DNA from: the human T2T-CHM13v2.0 reference genome, Homo sapiens
DNA length: 64,000 bases
Strand: one strand, 5' to 3'
Assembly (NCBI RefSeq): GCF_009914755.1
Contig: NC_060931.1
Made by a program: the position numbers and the translations under genes. Numbering within the stretch: position 1 is the stretch's first letter; every line of letters starts with the position of its first letter. Positions 30,156 through 44,933 of the stretch are shown here, piece by piece. The notes below the pieces were generated by a model, which worked only from the letters and a program-made list of their open reading frames with translations, searched no databases and had not been told where the DNA came from.

Positions 30156-32211
30156 AACTTATTTTAATGCATGTTTCTAGACATGACACCGTGATATTCT
30201 GATGCATGTGGTCTAGGGTGAGGGTGAGAAATCTGCCTTTTTAACAAGTGCCCCAATTGATTTTGAGTCCAAAAGTCCACAGACTAGACTTAATAAACAC
30301 AGGTTTGTTTTCAAGATTGTAGGCTCTTGAGTCAACAAGTCCTGGGTTCAAATGTTAGCTCTAATCCTATCAGTAGTGATCAGCCATGGGACTTGGAGAA
30401 AGTTAAACTGTTCAAAGTCCTAATATTCTAATACGTAAAATGAGCATCATAATAATGGCTACCTCAAAAGTTTGTAAAACAGTGCTCAGCACATAGGAAA
30501 GGCTCAATAAATATTCACTTATTGATGAATTATGATTAATTCATCCTTAAATCTTTTGGGCAGTACTAGGGGTGTTGCAGGCAAGCTAAGTGGTTGCCCT
30601 TGTCGTGCACCTTACAAAGAGCCTTCGACTGAGCACAGCCCCTTTCTTGTATCACACCCTCCTTTGTCTGCCCTTTCTCAAATTCTTTTCCTCTTCAAAG
30701 CTGCTCTTGATGTTCTTTTTAACTTGGTTTCATCTATATGAAGATATTCATGGACATGAATACTCATCACACCTATCTCTCTACTGATGAATATGTTTGA
30801 AAATTTTCCTAATAAAAAAGTTTTCAAAAGTCTATATTCACATGAACTGCACCAAACATATTCTTCCTAAGGATGACTCTAATATCACATGACTTTACAC
30901 CTGGGCAATGAATTTGAGGAATGATCTCTCCAACTTCTGCCATGTGTGAGTCACTGGGAGAGTTTCTGATGTCACCAATATGAATAAAGTCTGAGCTTTA
31001 TTCATGGACCTAGCATGCATTCTGTGTGAAGCACATCAATCATGCCAATATGTAGAAGTAGCAGTTGTCAGAGCTGTTGGAAGTGGTGTTTCCAGCCCAA
31101 CCATGATCTTGCTGCTGCAATAATCTAGTTGGCCAGGCCCTGTACTCAATACTGGAGCCAAATCCCCAGCTCCAGACAGGCACTCCCACCAACAAAAGCA
31201 GATGATCATAGGAACAGGTAAAAGAAAAATGTAGACAGATGAACATTCATTACTACTAATGGGAAAGAAATTCAAAGCACATGCCCTGATTTCCGCAACT
31301 CAGTGCCAATGTCTTTATAAAAAGATACTATTAATAGATTGGAAAGTATAATCTAAAAATCACCAAGAAAATTAAAAAAGCAAATACCAGCAAGCATTGA
31401 ATGGTATATACACAAAGTGATATTCTATTTTTGGATAAGTGTTTGAAAACCTCATTATGCTGAATTCCCAATGGAAAAATTCCAAGTGAACCTTCCTCCC
31501 AAATCTAATTCTAATAGAATTAGAATTGCCACAGAATGAATCAGTTTTAGGCTAAGCTGCTGTAACAAAAAGGCCCAAGGACACATGACTTAACCAAGAG
31601 TCTATTTGTATTTTCCATCACAGTCTTGATAGTCCATGGCAGTAGGGCTGCCAGGCCATCACTGCATAGGACTTCCAATCACTGGACATGGGGAAGGAGC
31701 CACAGGAGCACATGCCTGTTTCTTTATAGATGCACATCACAGAAGTGCACAAATCACTTCTGCTCACACTCCATTGGACAGAACTTAATCACACAGCCAT
31801 CCGTAACTGCAGAGTATGCTGGGACATGTGGTCACCAGCTGGGTGGTTATATGGCCAACCCAAATTCAGTAGTTTTATTATTAAAAAGAGAATGGATATT
31901 GTTGAACAACTAGCTGCATCTGCTTTATGCACCCTTGTACAGTAGAAGAGCAGAAAGTTTTTAGATTTCTCAAATCATCAGTCAGGAGCCTGTGCAGGAT
32001 CATGGTTAAGTAGATGGTATTTGGAATCCGACTGCCTAGGTGCAAACCTAGTTCTCTAGCTCACTGTGTACCCTTGGGCAAGTTACTTAACATCTTTGTG
32101 CCTCAGTTTTCTTATGTGTATTTTGGAAAAAATAATAGTATCTATGTCATAGGCTGTCATAAGAAATAGATTGGATATCTTTCAAAGTGTATAACATAGT
32201 TTCCACAACAT

Positions 32212-32452
32212 AACCCCTATCAAAATCCCAACAGCATTTTTTTGCAGAAATAGAAAAATCTATCCTAAAATTCATATGGACTCTCAAGAGACTCGAATCA
32301 CCAAAACAATCTTGAAAAAGAAGAACAAGGTTGGAAATCTCATACTTCCTGATTTCAAAGTGTATCACAAAGCTACAGTAATCAAAGCAGCATGGTGCTG
32401 GCGTAAAGACAGACATATAGACAAATGGGATAACATAGAGAGCCCAGAAATA
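32212..32452 (+). mobile_element. L1 ORF2 internal fragment inside a MIR
   Basis: Translates to ...ITKTILKKKNKVGNLILPDFKVYHKATVIKAAWCWRKDRHIDKWDNIESPEI, typical of L1 ORF2. Confidence 0.88.
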
Positions 32453-35400
32453 ATATAGTTTCCAGCATATACCAGGCACTTAATAAATATGCTATTATTA
32501 TCATCATTATCATCTTAATCATCACTAAGCCTGAACATAATTACCAGTTTCTCTCCCAGCCTACTTCTCTGCATATTGCATGCTGATGTCATGTTACTTC
32601 AGGTTCATTTCTCTCCTTTTTATTAGACTTTGAGTTTGGCAAGAGTATTGGCAAGAGTATTGACAAGGTATAAGGAGAAACATGATTTAGGCAGGGATTA
32701 AGTGTGGAATAATAGGCTCCAAAATCTTATTAGCCCCCAAAGATTCAGATCTGTTTTATCTTGCAGGTTTTTGAATAGAAATTAAGGGACTTATCCTTGT
32801 TCCACTGTTGGGAGTTGCTGGACAGACAATGGTGGTCAGCAAGTCTTCAGGCAAAGCCACAGCTCACACAAAGCCAATTATGGGCTCCTAGGTGCTATTG
32901 TTAATATGTTTATACAGAGTCTACTGAGTATGGAAGTCCCAGTGGGGTTTGTACTCTTGAATGCCATACTATTAGGAATATTTTCAACACCTCACTGCCG
33001 AGAGAAACGAAACAGTGAAATAACAGCCTAAAGGGGAGCTATATTGTGCAGGTAATTTCGGAGCAAGCTTGAGGTCAAGGAATGAAACACTGAAGGAATG
33101 AAGCATAGAGGTCAAGGCCTGGGCATGTGTTTTCCATTGCCTTCGGCTACAACTACTTCTGGAGTTTCAGGAGGACTTAGCAAGAGCCAAGAAAAGTGTC
33201 TGAGTGTTTATTGGCGACTATGCCAAAATTCTTGGTTGACATTTGCTCAGAGCAACATTATTTGATGTCCCAGGTGGAAGCTGTTTACTTTTTCCTTCCA
33301 CGAAATAATAGCTTCAATTTAAATATAGTAAATCGTAACGACCAAATTTGAGTTTCACTTTATATTTCAAAAGTGTTAGTGCCAGTTTACTCCACTCATG
33401 CCATCGTCAAAATCTACTGCATATTTTTATTTAAAGGTCCACATCTGAAAAATAATCTGTTTTCATTCCTACTCTCTACCAGAAGATAATTAGAAATTAA
33501 GCAACCTGTAAGAATGTACAACTCTTACAAACAAAGTCAAGGAGCAGATGCCAGCCATTCTTCTCCCTGGCATGTGCAGTCGATGCCAAAGCAGATGGAT
33601 TCTATTAGAGTCACCCTTCTCTTCTGGCTCTGCCATGCCCAAGGGAGTTGATGACTGCTCCCAGACTTACACACTGCCACAAGGAGCTGCCACTTCACTG
33701 AGTGTCTGGATCCATGGTGTCTGCAATTCAATTCCGTGGTCCCTAGGGCAACCTGAGGTTCCCAGGGAATTTACACAATAGGAAGAGTTTTCTGTTTCCT
33801 CGGAAATTGGGACATGATTTGCACTATGATGAAAGCCAGGACACTTGTGCACAAGCCCCCTTATCCTCCGAGGAACACATGGGATGATATACATTTAGGT
33901 AAACAATAGACGTTAGTTGCTGGTGTACACAACTCAGGACTTCAATGAACTCCAGTCCTAGAGAACAACGTGACAAACAAGTGGCTGGGTCTATGCTGCA
34001 GTCTCAACTAGGGGTTCATAGCCTGAGGTCCCTACGCCCTCCCCAAAGGGGTCCATGGTTAGAATTCAAGGAGTCCATGATTGTGAATGAGAGGGGAAAA
34101 ATGACATCTTTATTTTCATGAACAAACTGAAAATTAGTATCTCCTTCCTTTATGAATGGAGACAGTAAATCATGGAAGAATTTAGCAGTGCTTTTGATGA
34201 TAGAAACCACAGATAGATTCATATCACAATCATCTGTTGCAGATCTCCAAAATGTCATTTGCACTCATTGCTACACCTGAGGTTGTCCTATGTGTACACT
34301 CTCCTCCCTTCACCTCGCACCCTCACCACTGCTTCCAGAGCAGTCGCAGACACTGGCACTCCTGGTGGGGGCACAGAGGGGTTGTCACACTGTAGGGAAA
34401 TTTGCCCCCTGCCCACCTGGCCACCACAAAGTGGCAGCTTCCTGCTGTCTGCCTCCAGGAGTCACTTCTGCATGGCCTCTTTGGGGAACTGAGGAATTTA
34501 GAGTGGACCATAAGGGTTAGAATATTTTGAATATCCCCAGGGTAACAACCACGCTACCCTGTCCTTAAATCTCTGCCACTTTTACAAAGGACATTCCAGG
34601 GAGGTTTACTTGCTGAGATGGTTGTGTGAACAACTGAAATATCACTTCCCACAGGTTCCTAAAACTGCTACCACCAGAGGGACTGGAATTCACAAATAAT
34701 GGCAATGTTACATTAGAGGGGAGGTGGATCACAGGTGCTTTGCCTTCATCAGCTTTCATTCCCTGAACCAAACTGCCACTTCACTGGGGCTGAGGCCATT
34801 GCATCCCTGTCATTACCCCTGAATACACATCTAAAACAACTGACAGTCACTAACATTTAGTAAATAGCAGCTCTCCACCACCCCTTAACCCCACCCCCAA
34901 ATGGAAAGCCCTTGTTCCAGCTGACAGCACTCACACATGTAGAGGGCTTCACTGTTGCTTTAAAGCTTGTGTAAGAAAATTAAAAATTTGGAAATTCACC
35001 TATGGATCCAAGAACATCCCACTGAATATTTTCTTCGCAGTCCAGCATATTTTTCAGGCCCTAACTGGTGAACGATGCCTTTGATCATTATTCAGCAATG
35101 AAGTGTGTGATAATTTCTGCGGTGTGCTATTGAGCCGTTGCTAATGGCAGCCTGCGTCTGGGCCCAGCTGGTAGTGGCTTTCTTTCTCTTTCAGTGGGCT
35201 CGGCACTTGGAGTCAAAACAGCTGAGTGGATATTCTCACTCTGCCACTTCTGAGCCGTGTGCCCTGGGGAGCCGGGCTCTCCAAGCCTCAGCCATTTATC
35301 TAAAATGAAGTTGGTGAGAGGTTTGGAGGAATGTAACAGGCCCAGCTCAAGGACCAGCATTTAACAAGGACTCAGTCATTTGTTATTTTTGTTGTTTTAA

Positions 35401-35559
35401 TGCTCTTTGGTATTTGAGGAAGCCAAGCGGCAGGCAAAGAAACAGGAGTGTTTGGAATAATAGAGGGAAGGAGCAACCTTGTTATCACTTTATTGTGTGT
35501 GAAAGTCTGCTAGAGAGGCATTCTTTAGATTAACAACTTTTTAAAAAAATGCAAATACA

Positions 35560-35797
35560 GAGGCTGAGACAGGAGGGTTAATTCAGGCTAAGAGTTCAAG
35601 ACCAGCCTGGGCAACATAGCAAGAACTTGTCTCTACAAAAAATAAAACATTAGTCAGGCATGGTGGTGAGCACCTGTAATCCCAGCTACTGAAGAGGCCA
35701 AGATGGGAGGATTGCTTGAGCCTGGGAGGTCAAGGCTGCAGTGAACCATGATCACACTCTAGCATGGGCAACAGAGAGACCTTGTCTCTAAAAAAAA
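35560..35797 (+). mobile_element. AluJ-like, 5'-truncated
   Basis: ctgggcaacatagcaaga and ggattgcttgagcc AluJ diagnostics. Confidence 0.85.
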
Positions 35798-38119
35798 TAT
35801 GGAAATACCTGTGGGGGTATACTTCATTAGACCCTTGGCAATAATTTACACTTGTGGGATATGTGTGACTGCAACAAAAATTAACTTTTGAGCACCCACA
35901 GCTTCCCCTTCCCAGGGGATTGGCAGTGAATGTGGAAGACGAAATACAAAAGGGGTGGGGGCAGAGCTCTGTCATGGGAGCTCTGTCTTGGAGCCTGACG
36001 GTTCTCTGCCAGGTGGGTGTGAAATGTGAGGACTCACTTTCAATAATGCAGCCTGAGAAAAATGTCAGAGTACTTTGAGGAATCCCTAAAAGGAGAAGAC
36101 TGGAGCAGTTAAAATGTAGGAAGGAAGTTGATGGGAGAGGGGAGAAAAAGGGACTCCAAAGAATTATTGCTGTGGTTCATATATTTCTTATTTAGGGTTG
36201 AGTTCCCCAGAAGCCGACACTACGGTGGAGTTTGGGTTGCAAGTGATTGGTTAGTGACGGCTGGGTGGGAAAGGGAGAACACAGAAGGAAGAATTGGAGT
36301 CTGGTGTGGTGCCCTGGCCCTGGAGGGAGTCTGCCACTCACAGACAGGGGTGGGAGGATTAGGGGGAGCCCAGCAGGCTAGAAGGGCCAGGCCTTTCCAC
36401 TCCTGCCTTACTCAGTCTCCAGATGTGGGCTCCCCAGGAAGAGTGTGACCTTGGCCAAGGGGGCCTCTGCAAAGTTGAGACAGACACTGACGACCTGATG
36501 GCTGAAGGCTGTCTGCTCACTGCACTCTCAAGGCTGAAACGAGGGTAGGCATGTCTCTGAGTAACACATTCTCCCAAGCCAGGTCTCAGATTTACATTTC
36601 CCAGCCCATGTGTGGCACATTTGTCCATTGCTCTGTGGGCTTCTATTCCTCAGAGGAAACGTGGAAGAAGGAGGTTCTGCTGCAGATGGTCTCAGGCTGT
36701 AAATAATATTCACTGGCTCCATCTTCACTCTCTCTTCTAAATTCCCCTCACCCTCAGCTACCACCCCTGCTGGACTCAGGAGCTTAACTAGTGCTGTAAC
36801 CCAGACCTTTATCCTGAAGAGGCCTAAGCACCTGGTCACCATGCCCTTTGCAGGCCAGCGTTGCTACACTTGCCTGTTTACAGTCACAATTGGGTTCCAC
36901 CCATAGACCTTCCTGTCCCATTCCCATTGTGTAACAGCAGGCCTGCCTCCTTCCAATGGTCAGCCACAATCACTCCTGCCAAGGTGGTAAGTTCTCATCC
37001 TGTTGGTCCTGGACACAAGGAGCCCAAGGTGCCCAGGTGGAAGCCATAGTTTATAATTCAAGGGACTCTTGTTATGTCCTGTGACAAAAAAGTGTGTCTC
37101 CTTTGAGTGCCAGGTTTTCTAACCCTGCAGAGCCCAGAACTAAACAAACACAAAGTCTCTCAGTGGCTGGGTCGCTAAGAGGGATGGTGGGTGGCCCACC
37201 CCTGATTCACCCTTACTTCTGATCCTATCTGTCCTTTCCCTTAGAGCACACAATGGGCTTTCATTCAGTGAATGCCTTGCATCCTAGAGATTGGCACCCC
37301 ATCCTTTTAGAGGAATGCTATGGCCCTGGTGCTTCAGCTGTGCCCTCTGTGGGCTGTTTCCATGCTCCCTCAGGCTGGCAGCTTCCGGGAGGTGTGGTAT
37401 GTGCTGCAACCAGTGGATCCAGGATCGTGGGCCCAGCCTACTTGTCCTTTGCTCTGCAGGGGTCCCCATGGTCTGATGCCATCGGGTCTCATACCATTGG
37501 GTCAAGCACACTGTAAGCCCCTGGACAACAGTGTTGGCTGAGGCTTGCAGGTAAGAAATTCAAATCTGTGCCCAGAGGGTGTATATTCCTGAACTGCTGC
37601 TTTTCTAGGATTGACGGGGCCCAGTGTAGCCACCTTGCTGCCACACTGGCCAGTTGGTCTCTTTGGGGAATTATACCATGTTAAGGGCTCCACGCTGGTC
37701 TCTATTAATGGACATTCAGCAATGGTGATAGTTAGCCTTAGGCCATTTCTCTTTCTACTCAAAGAAAAAGCCATCAGCAGATCAGTCTTGGTAAGGGCAA
37801 GTCCATGGCACTGCCCAGGTATTGTCTCCATCTTTGCCACTGTGGCCACTTCATCCATGTGCCAGCAACAGGACAGCTGATGACAGAGGCTAGCCTGGGC
37901 ATTTTTTCTACTTGGGTGTTATTGCCTCTTCTGTAATGGACACTGTCTGGTGGATGGTAACATTTGATACAAATACCTCCACACTTTGTCCCCATTTGTC
38001 TAAACATATGCTCCCCCTAAACCTCTTTGTCTCTGATTTTCTAATTATTTTCTGTCCAGGCCTCTGACCAGCTGGCTGGCCCATCTGATGCCATCTGTAA
38101 ATTCATAAAGATTCTACCG

Positions 38120-38400
38120 GGCCAGGTGCAGTGGTTCACGCCTATAATCCCAGCACTTTGGGAGGCCAAGGCGGGCAGATCACTTCAGGTCAGGAGTTTG
38201 AGACCAACCTGGCCAGCAAAACCCTGTCTCTACTAAAAATACAAAAATTAGCCAGGTGTGGTTGCAGGCGCCTGTAATCTCAGCTACTCAGGAGGTTGAG
38301 GCAGGGTAATCTTTTGAACCCAGGAGGCGGAGATCACGCCACTACACTCCAGCCCGGGCAACAGCGTGAGACTCTGCCTTAAAAAAAAAAAAAAAAAAAA
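38120..38400 (+). mobile_element. AluS with small deletions
   Basis: Alu body, A tail, aaaga(t/c)tctacc TSD. Confidence 0.92.
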
Positions 38401-39799
38401 GACTCTACCCTTGAGCCATTTCTCTTACCACACAAAGTGGATAGCCTTATGTACCCAAAGTTCTGTCCATGGGGAGGATTTTCCTTTGCCACTGTCTTTC
38501 AAGGCCACCCTGAGTGGAGCTGAAGGGCAGCTGCTGTCTGTTTTCAAATTGCATGCACATACTGACCCATCCGTAAGTCAAGCTTGGGCTTTCTCCTTCA
38601 GTTAGTTGCACATGCAGCCACAAGTGTGAGCTGAAGAAGGCAAGCTGGTGCAGGAGTCGTGGGTGCCATGGGGGTCTGTCTTCCCTCTCATGCTGCTTGT
38701 TTGTGCTTTCTGGTCCTGTTTATGCTCATTCTTGGATATACCTCTTCATTTTGTGAAGAACTGTTGTGGGACCAGTCTAATACCATGACTTGGTGAGTCT
38801 GACAGGACCCATCTTACAAGCGGCAATTCTAGAAGTCTGGTCACTTTCCGTCCTATGGTAAGACATTCTGTCTGTACCAGGACCCAGGAGCATACTGAAA
38901 GTTGTTTTTCAAAAGGCATGGCCTTGCTCCTGAACCCTAGGATCTATATTGTGATTCTTCCACTGGGGCTTGCCACAAACTCCACATTCTCTTTTCCCAT
39001 CACTGATACTTGCAACACCACGGGATCTGCTGGCTCATGTAACTCATGCAGGAGGGCTGCATGCATTGCAGCCTGGACCTGCTGCAGACCCCTTTCCTGT
39101 TTTGCAGCTCTCAAATCAAGCAGCTTTTCACCTCTTTCAGTATATGAACTGTAGAAATATTTCTAGCCATAGAATATGATGCCTCCAGTTCCCAAAGAGA
39201 TCCACCAGGCATAGTGTGTCTTTCTTTGTGGTCAGAAGTAAAACATGCAGTAATTTGTCTTTTCCTTAGGAGGGGGTGCCCACATGGCCCTGACCACTGG
39301 ACCATAACATTTTAATGGATATAGTTGGCTCCTGTATACTCAAAGAGTTTGTCTCCCACCACCCATGTCTTACCAGCCTCCAGCATGCTAGTCACCTTTT
39401 GCTCATTTGGTCCTGTCAACATAATGCCTCATGTAATAAGTTAATATCTTGTTATGCGGAATGTCACAGAACAAGACTAAGAGCTCTATGTGGGAGTAGT
39501 GCCAACTGCCAATTATGTCCATCTGAGTTGTTCAGTTGGTGACAGGGGAGCTAATCACAGGGTGGTTCATGAGCACATTAGACCAGATCTCTTCATAGTA
39601 CATCATGATAGAGGGAAGACATTTACACAGCTCTGGAGCGAAACTGAAAATTATATATTATTGCCCATCCAATGTGAATGTGAATCATTTCTAATTCCCT
39701 TTCTTGACTTTGATAAAAAGGAATGTATTCATCAAATCAGTGACCACATGCCATATATCTAATGCCATATACTTTATCTAGCAAAGATATCATATATTT

Positions 39800-40152
39800 T
39801 CCTCCATTTTCTGTTGATATAACTGAATACCTAAGACTGAGTAATTTATAAATAAAATAAATTTATTTATTATGGTTTTGGAGACTGGGAAATCCAAGAG
39901 TATGGCACTGGCATCTGGTGAGGACCTTCTTGCTGGGTTACGATACGACTGAAGGCATCACATAGTGAGGGCAAGAGCACGTATGCCAGCTCAGGCCTCT
40001 CTTCCTCTTCTTGGAAGGCCCATCATGAGGGCCCCACCCTGATAAACTTTAATCCTAATTATCTCCCAAAGGATCCACCTCCAATCAACATATGAATTTG
40101 AAGATTAAGTTTCCAACATATGAAATTTGGGAAACACATTCAAACCATAGTA
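39800..40152 (-). mobile_element. MST-type MaLR LTR
   Basis: taagactgagtaatttata ... cattcaaaccatag. Confidence 0.78.
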
Positions 40153-40300
40153 CTATATATTGCCTTTTGGCTATAACTGGTGACACTACTTAGTTGTGTT
40201 TGTTGTAGTCTATAGCAGGAGTCAGCAAACTCAAGCCTGAAGGCCAAGTCCAGTCCTCTACCCATTTTTGTAAGCAAAATTTTATTAGAACACAGCCACA

Positions 40301-40660
<360 letters not shown>

Positions 40661-40671
40661 TTATCCATTCT

Positions 40672-41100
40672 TGTGATGGTTAATACTGAGTGCCAACTTG
40701 ATTGGATTGAGGGATAAAAAGTATTGATCTTGGATGTGTCTGTGAGGGTGTTGCCAAAGGACCTTCACATTTGAGTCAGTGGGCTGGGAAAGGGGGACTC
40801 ACCCTTAATCTGGGTGGGCACCATCTGATCATCTGCCAGCACAGCTAGAATATAAGCAAGCAGAAAAATGTGAAAACAGAGACTGGCCTGTATTTACAGG
40901 AATACATCTATATATATATATAGAACTAATGGAATATATATATATTATATAGGTCTATCTATATCTATATCTATATTATATATAGATATAATATACATAT
41001 ATTATATAGGAATATATCTATATAGATATATATAGACCTATATAATGTGTATATATATATATATTCCATTAGTTCTGTCCTTCTAGAAAACCCTAATACA
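40672..41100 (+). mobile_element. MLT2A (HERV-L LTR) with TA-rich internal tract
   Basis: tgtgatggttaatactgagtgccaacttgattgg start; ccctaataca end. Confidence 0.85.
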
Positions 41101-41794
41101 ACGCTACAACAGCGGAATTTAATAGTTGCAACAGGAAACTCTATGGCTTGCAAAATTTAAGATATTTGCCATCTGGCCCTTTATGAAAAAAGTTTGCTGA
41201 CTCTGGATTTATAGTAATCCCCCAAGATCAATTTGGTTTCTCAGGGCCTAGATTGGCAAATTAAAGGGGGATATTTTAGGAATCACCATGTCTATATCTT
41301 TTTGATCCTTAAGATTGGCATCAATCTCTGCTTTTTCTCACAATATCACTGTATTAGAGTGGGGGTGGCAGGAGAGGTTCAGAGTCTTTTACTTGGTTTT
41401 TCCTGCTATGATAGCCTACTCTTACCTCACAGACCAAGAGCTCTATGTGGGAGTTGCACCAACTGTCAATTACGTCCATTTTAGTTGTACAGTTGGTGAC
41501 AGCGGAACTGATCACAGGCTATTTCACAGACACAGTAGACCACTAAGCCAGAACTTGGTTAAAATTGTATGTATTACCTAGTTCCCATATACCTTCACTG
41601 TAACAAGAGTGTTATGGTGATGCTTCAGGTCTCTAGGTATCAATGTCTACTCAGATTGTGTTTCCAGCAGTCTGCAAAATATCTAGATATTTCCCTTTTC
41701 CCATTGCAGTTATCAGAGTAAATCTCACATGAAGAAGAGGAAGAGGCTTCTGAATTGTCTTCTGGGGTGGGAAGATGAAAGGTACTTTCATAAT

Positions 41795-42280
41795 TGTAAA
41801 CCAGAAAGTGACTGAGGCAACTGAATTGATTTAGAGGTTTATTTTGGCAAGGTTTAGGATGTGCCCAGGAAAAAGAGACACAAGTCACAGTAGAATCCTG
41901 TCTCCTGTGCTTTTTCCAAAGAGGGTTTTGAGGACTTCAATATTTAAAGGGGAAAGAGTGAGCAGGAGAGGAAGAAGGAAAGGAAAAAAGGAGGGGAGTG
42001 GGTAGGCAACAAGGCAAGTGGTGACATTCTTCTGAGGCTCTAATTAGCACTCAGTGAATCTACATTTTATATGTGCAAAGGAAAAAGTGGAGGGAAAAGT
42101 CAATTATGCATTGGTCTTGTGCTTAGTAGATCTACATTTTATATAAAAGAAAGTCAGCATGTGAAATTACAGCTATCTGGGAACAAAAGTAAAGCAGTTT
42201 TTATGTGACTCCGTTTGTAAGCTGAACTTTCCATTTGGCACAGTGAATTTGGGGTCCCAAGATTTTATTTTCCTTTCACA
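41795..42280 (-). mobile_element. MER4-group ERV1 solo LTR
   Basis: TG...CA termini; 4-bp TSD taat; gattttattttcctttcaca end. Confidence 0.8.
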
Positions 42281-43130
42281 TAATGTACGTGAGCAACATC
42301 TGTAGTCAATGGGCTCTGTAAGTTCAGAGGAGTCTGGAGAATCAACCTTCCTGAACTTGTTCCTTGGCTTTTCCACCCTTCTTGAGGAAATGAGAGCTTC
42401 TTTGTATGCATCCACAGAGGCCCTCTGGCTTTCACACCTGGCTTACAAAAGCTTATTACTCAGCCCTTAAATGTTCATTATGTTTCTGTACAGCATCACT
42501 GGCACTTAGCAGTCACCATCCAATACCCTTATCCTTGCAGCTGCTCTTTTCTCCATACACCTCATATGCCCAAAATCACTCCAGCTGGTTCATTCCCTTC
42601 CATCAGTACACCTTCCAAATTCACAAAGTTTTAACAACTGGACTGCCACCTTGCCCCAGGGCTATCTGTGTTCCTCCTACTACCAGTCCTCATGGCCACC
42701 CAGAGGCAACTGATAACTACTCAACAACCTTATCTTATTGCCTGTTTTCTTGGGCCACTCCTGGTACCAACTCACATAGCTTGGATTCTCTGGAAGCAAA
42801 TGCTGAGATGGAGTTTGAAGTGCAAGGTATTTATTAAGAATCAACACCTGTGAAGGGAAGAAGGCAAGGATTGGGCAAAGGACGAAGTTGAACTGCAGTG
42901 CAGGCTGAAAGTAGCCTTGGCCAATTTGGCAGGGAGCCATAGAGGGAGTGTTCTGTGCCAAGCCAGAATGAATGTGCTTATACACCTTCAATGGGCTTCA
43001 TCATAGAACGTGGGCTGCTCTGGAAAGGAAGAGGCCTCTGAAGTAGCTCACTGCACACCCCATCTCATCCACCCCCAGCTGGGAAGTCAGTCCTTCTTTG
43101 AAAGGGATTTAGGCCACCTGCCTATGTGAC

Positions 43131-43743
43131 TGTAACTGAAACACAGGTTCAGTTGCTTACTATTTGCAGAGTCTAATTAACAAGAGTGAGGGCTGGTATA
43201 AAGAAAGTGACATTTTTATTCCAAAACTAGCTTAGGGGGAAGAAGTACAGGCTTCCTGCCTTAAGGGTAACACTTTGCTTTTGGAGCAGAAAGCAGGCAC
43301 TTTTAAAAGGGGGTGTAGCATGAATGACAAGCAGCAGACGAAGCATCAGGTGAGGATCCACAAAACTTGCTTTAGTGCCCTATCTACCAGGTGATCAAGC
43401 TGGTGACCATTGGTGTCCTTGTGGGCAGAACTAGGTTGTAAAGGTGGCTGAAACTCTCCAAGTAGGAAATAATTTCACAGCAGGCATATTTTGCATTGTA
43501 GATTGACTGTCATCTCTTGAGGCAACCTCCAGGTGAGTGAGAGCTCCACTCTGGAGCTTCTAAGCACATGGTTAGATGAACTTGCACTGTAGAGAGTGTC
43601 TGGTGAAAGGGAGGTAAAAGATTATAATTGTATTACTAAAGGGCTAAGTAGGAAGTGAGGAACAGGGAAAAATGGAGAAAAAAGAAAAAATATTTTTAAA
43701 ACCCATTTTCTTTTTCTTAGAAAAATGGGGGTACTTTGTTACA
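43131..43743 (-). mobile_element. ERV1-class solo LTR
   Basis: tgtaac...gttaca inverted termini; minus-strand AATAAA. Confidence 0.7.
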
Positions 43744-44064
43744 TGTCTACCCCAACCCTTTCCTCAGTGTTGAGAAATCATGTAAAGAACTTGAGTTATT
43801 TTGAAATTGTTTTGGTTTGCTTACCTATGCTTCTTGAGTGTGATGATCCTCAAAGTCTTTGAGTAAAAATCATAAGGGTTGGGGAATTAAGGAGGGATCA
43901 GTGGTTTAGAGTTTAGGCCACAACAGTATATGAGAGCGGGAAGGGACACTGCCCAAGGAGGGCAATGCATACTTGAAATAAAACCTGGTTAGGAAAGAGA
44001 GAGAAGTAAAGGGAAATAGGAGGACCCAGTAGTCAAACTTTGCATATATTACAAGGCTGCCTTC

Positions 44065-44770
44065 TGTTCGAAAAAACAGGGGAAAACAAGTGTGAATGAA
44101 AATGTAGAGCAATTGGAACCTTCAAACTTTGCTGATGGAAATGTGAAATGGCAAAGTCACGTTGGAAAATAGCCTGGAAAATAGTCTGGCAGTACTTCAA
44201 AAGACTAAACATAAAGTTGCCACATGACCCAGCAATTCCACTCTTAGATATACAACCCACCAGAAATGAAAACATATGTCCACACAAAAACTTGTGCATG
44301 AATGTTTATAGTAGCATTATTCATAATAACCAAAAAGTGGAAACAATCCAAACATTCATCAATTGATGAATGGATAAACAATATGTAATATATTTGTACA
44401 ATAGAATATTATTTGTCAATAAAAAGAAAGGCAGTGCTAATACATACTACAATATGGATGAATGAAAACATTACACACTAATTGAAGAAAGACCAAACGT
44501 CATATGATTCTATTTATATGAAGTGTCCAGAATAGGGAATCTATAGAAACAGAAAGCAGATTAGTGGTTTCCAGGATCTGGACAAATGGGAAGTAAACTG
44601 CTAATAAGATTGCTTTTTGGGGTGATGAAAATGTTCCAAAATTCATTGTGGTGATAGTTGCACAATTCTGTGAATATACTATAAACCCATTGAATTGTGT
44701 ACTTTAAGTGGGGGAATCATATGTGAGTTATTTCTCAATAACACTGTTAATAAAATATTTCATTAAAAAA
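44065..44770 (+). mobile_element. L1MB-type 3' end
   Basis: atgacccagcaattccactc, gtccacacaaaaacttg and similar L1 motifs. Confidence 0.85.
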
Positions 44771-44933
44771 ATTACATTGATCCTGACCAGAACTATCCCT
44801 GAAAAATGTTGCCAGTTATGAGAAAGTGGTATATTTTCTATTTTTTTTAGGTTTGGACTTCTAAAATTTCTCTTCCAATATTTGGAATTCCTTTTAGGTG
44901 AACACTGGGAATTTGAGCAAGCTGTTGTGCTTG

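Noticed and set aside
30980-31524. Short perfect inverted repeats (30980-31005; 31504-31524)
   Set aside because: 10-bp AT-rich stems are expected by chance in 64 kb, with no supporting RNA-gene context.
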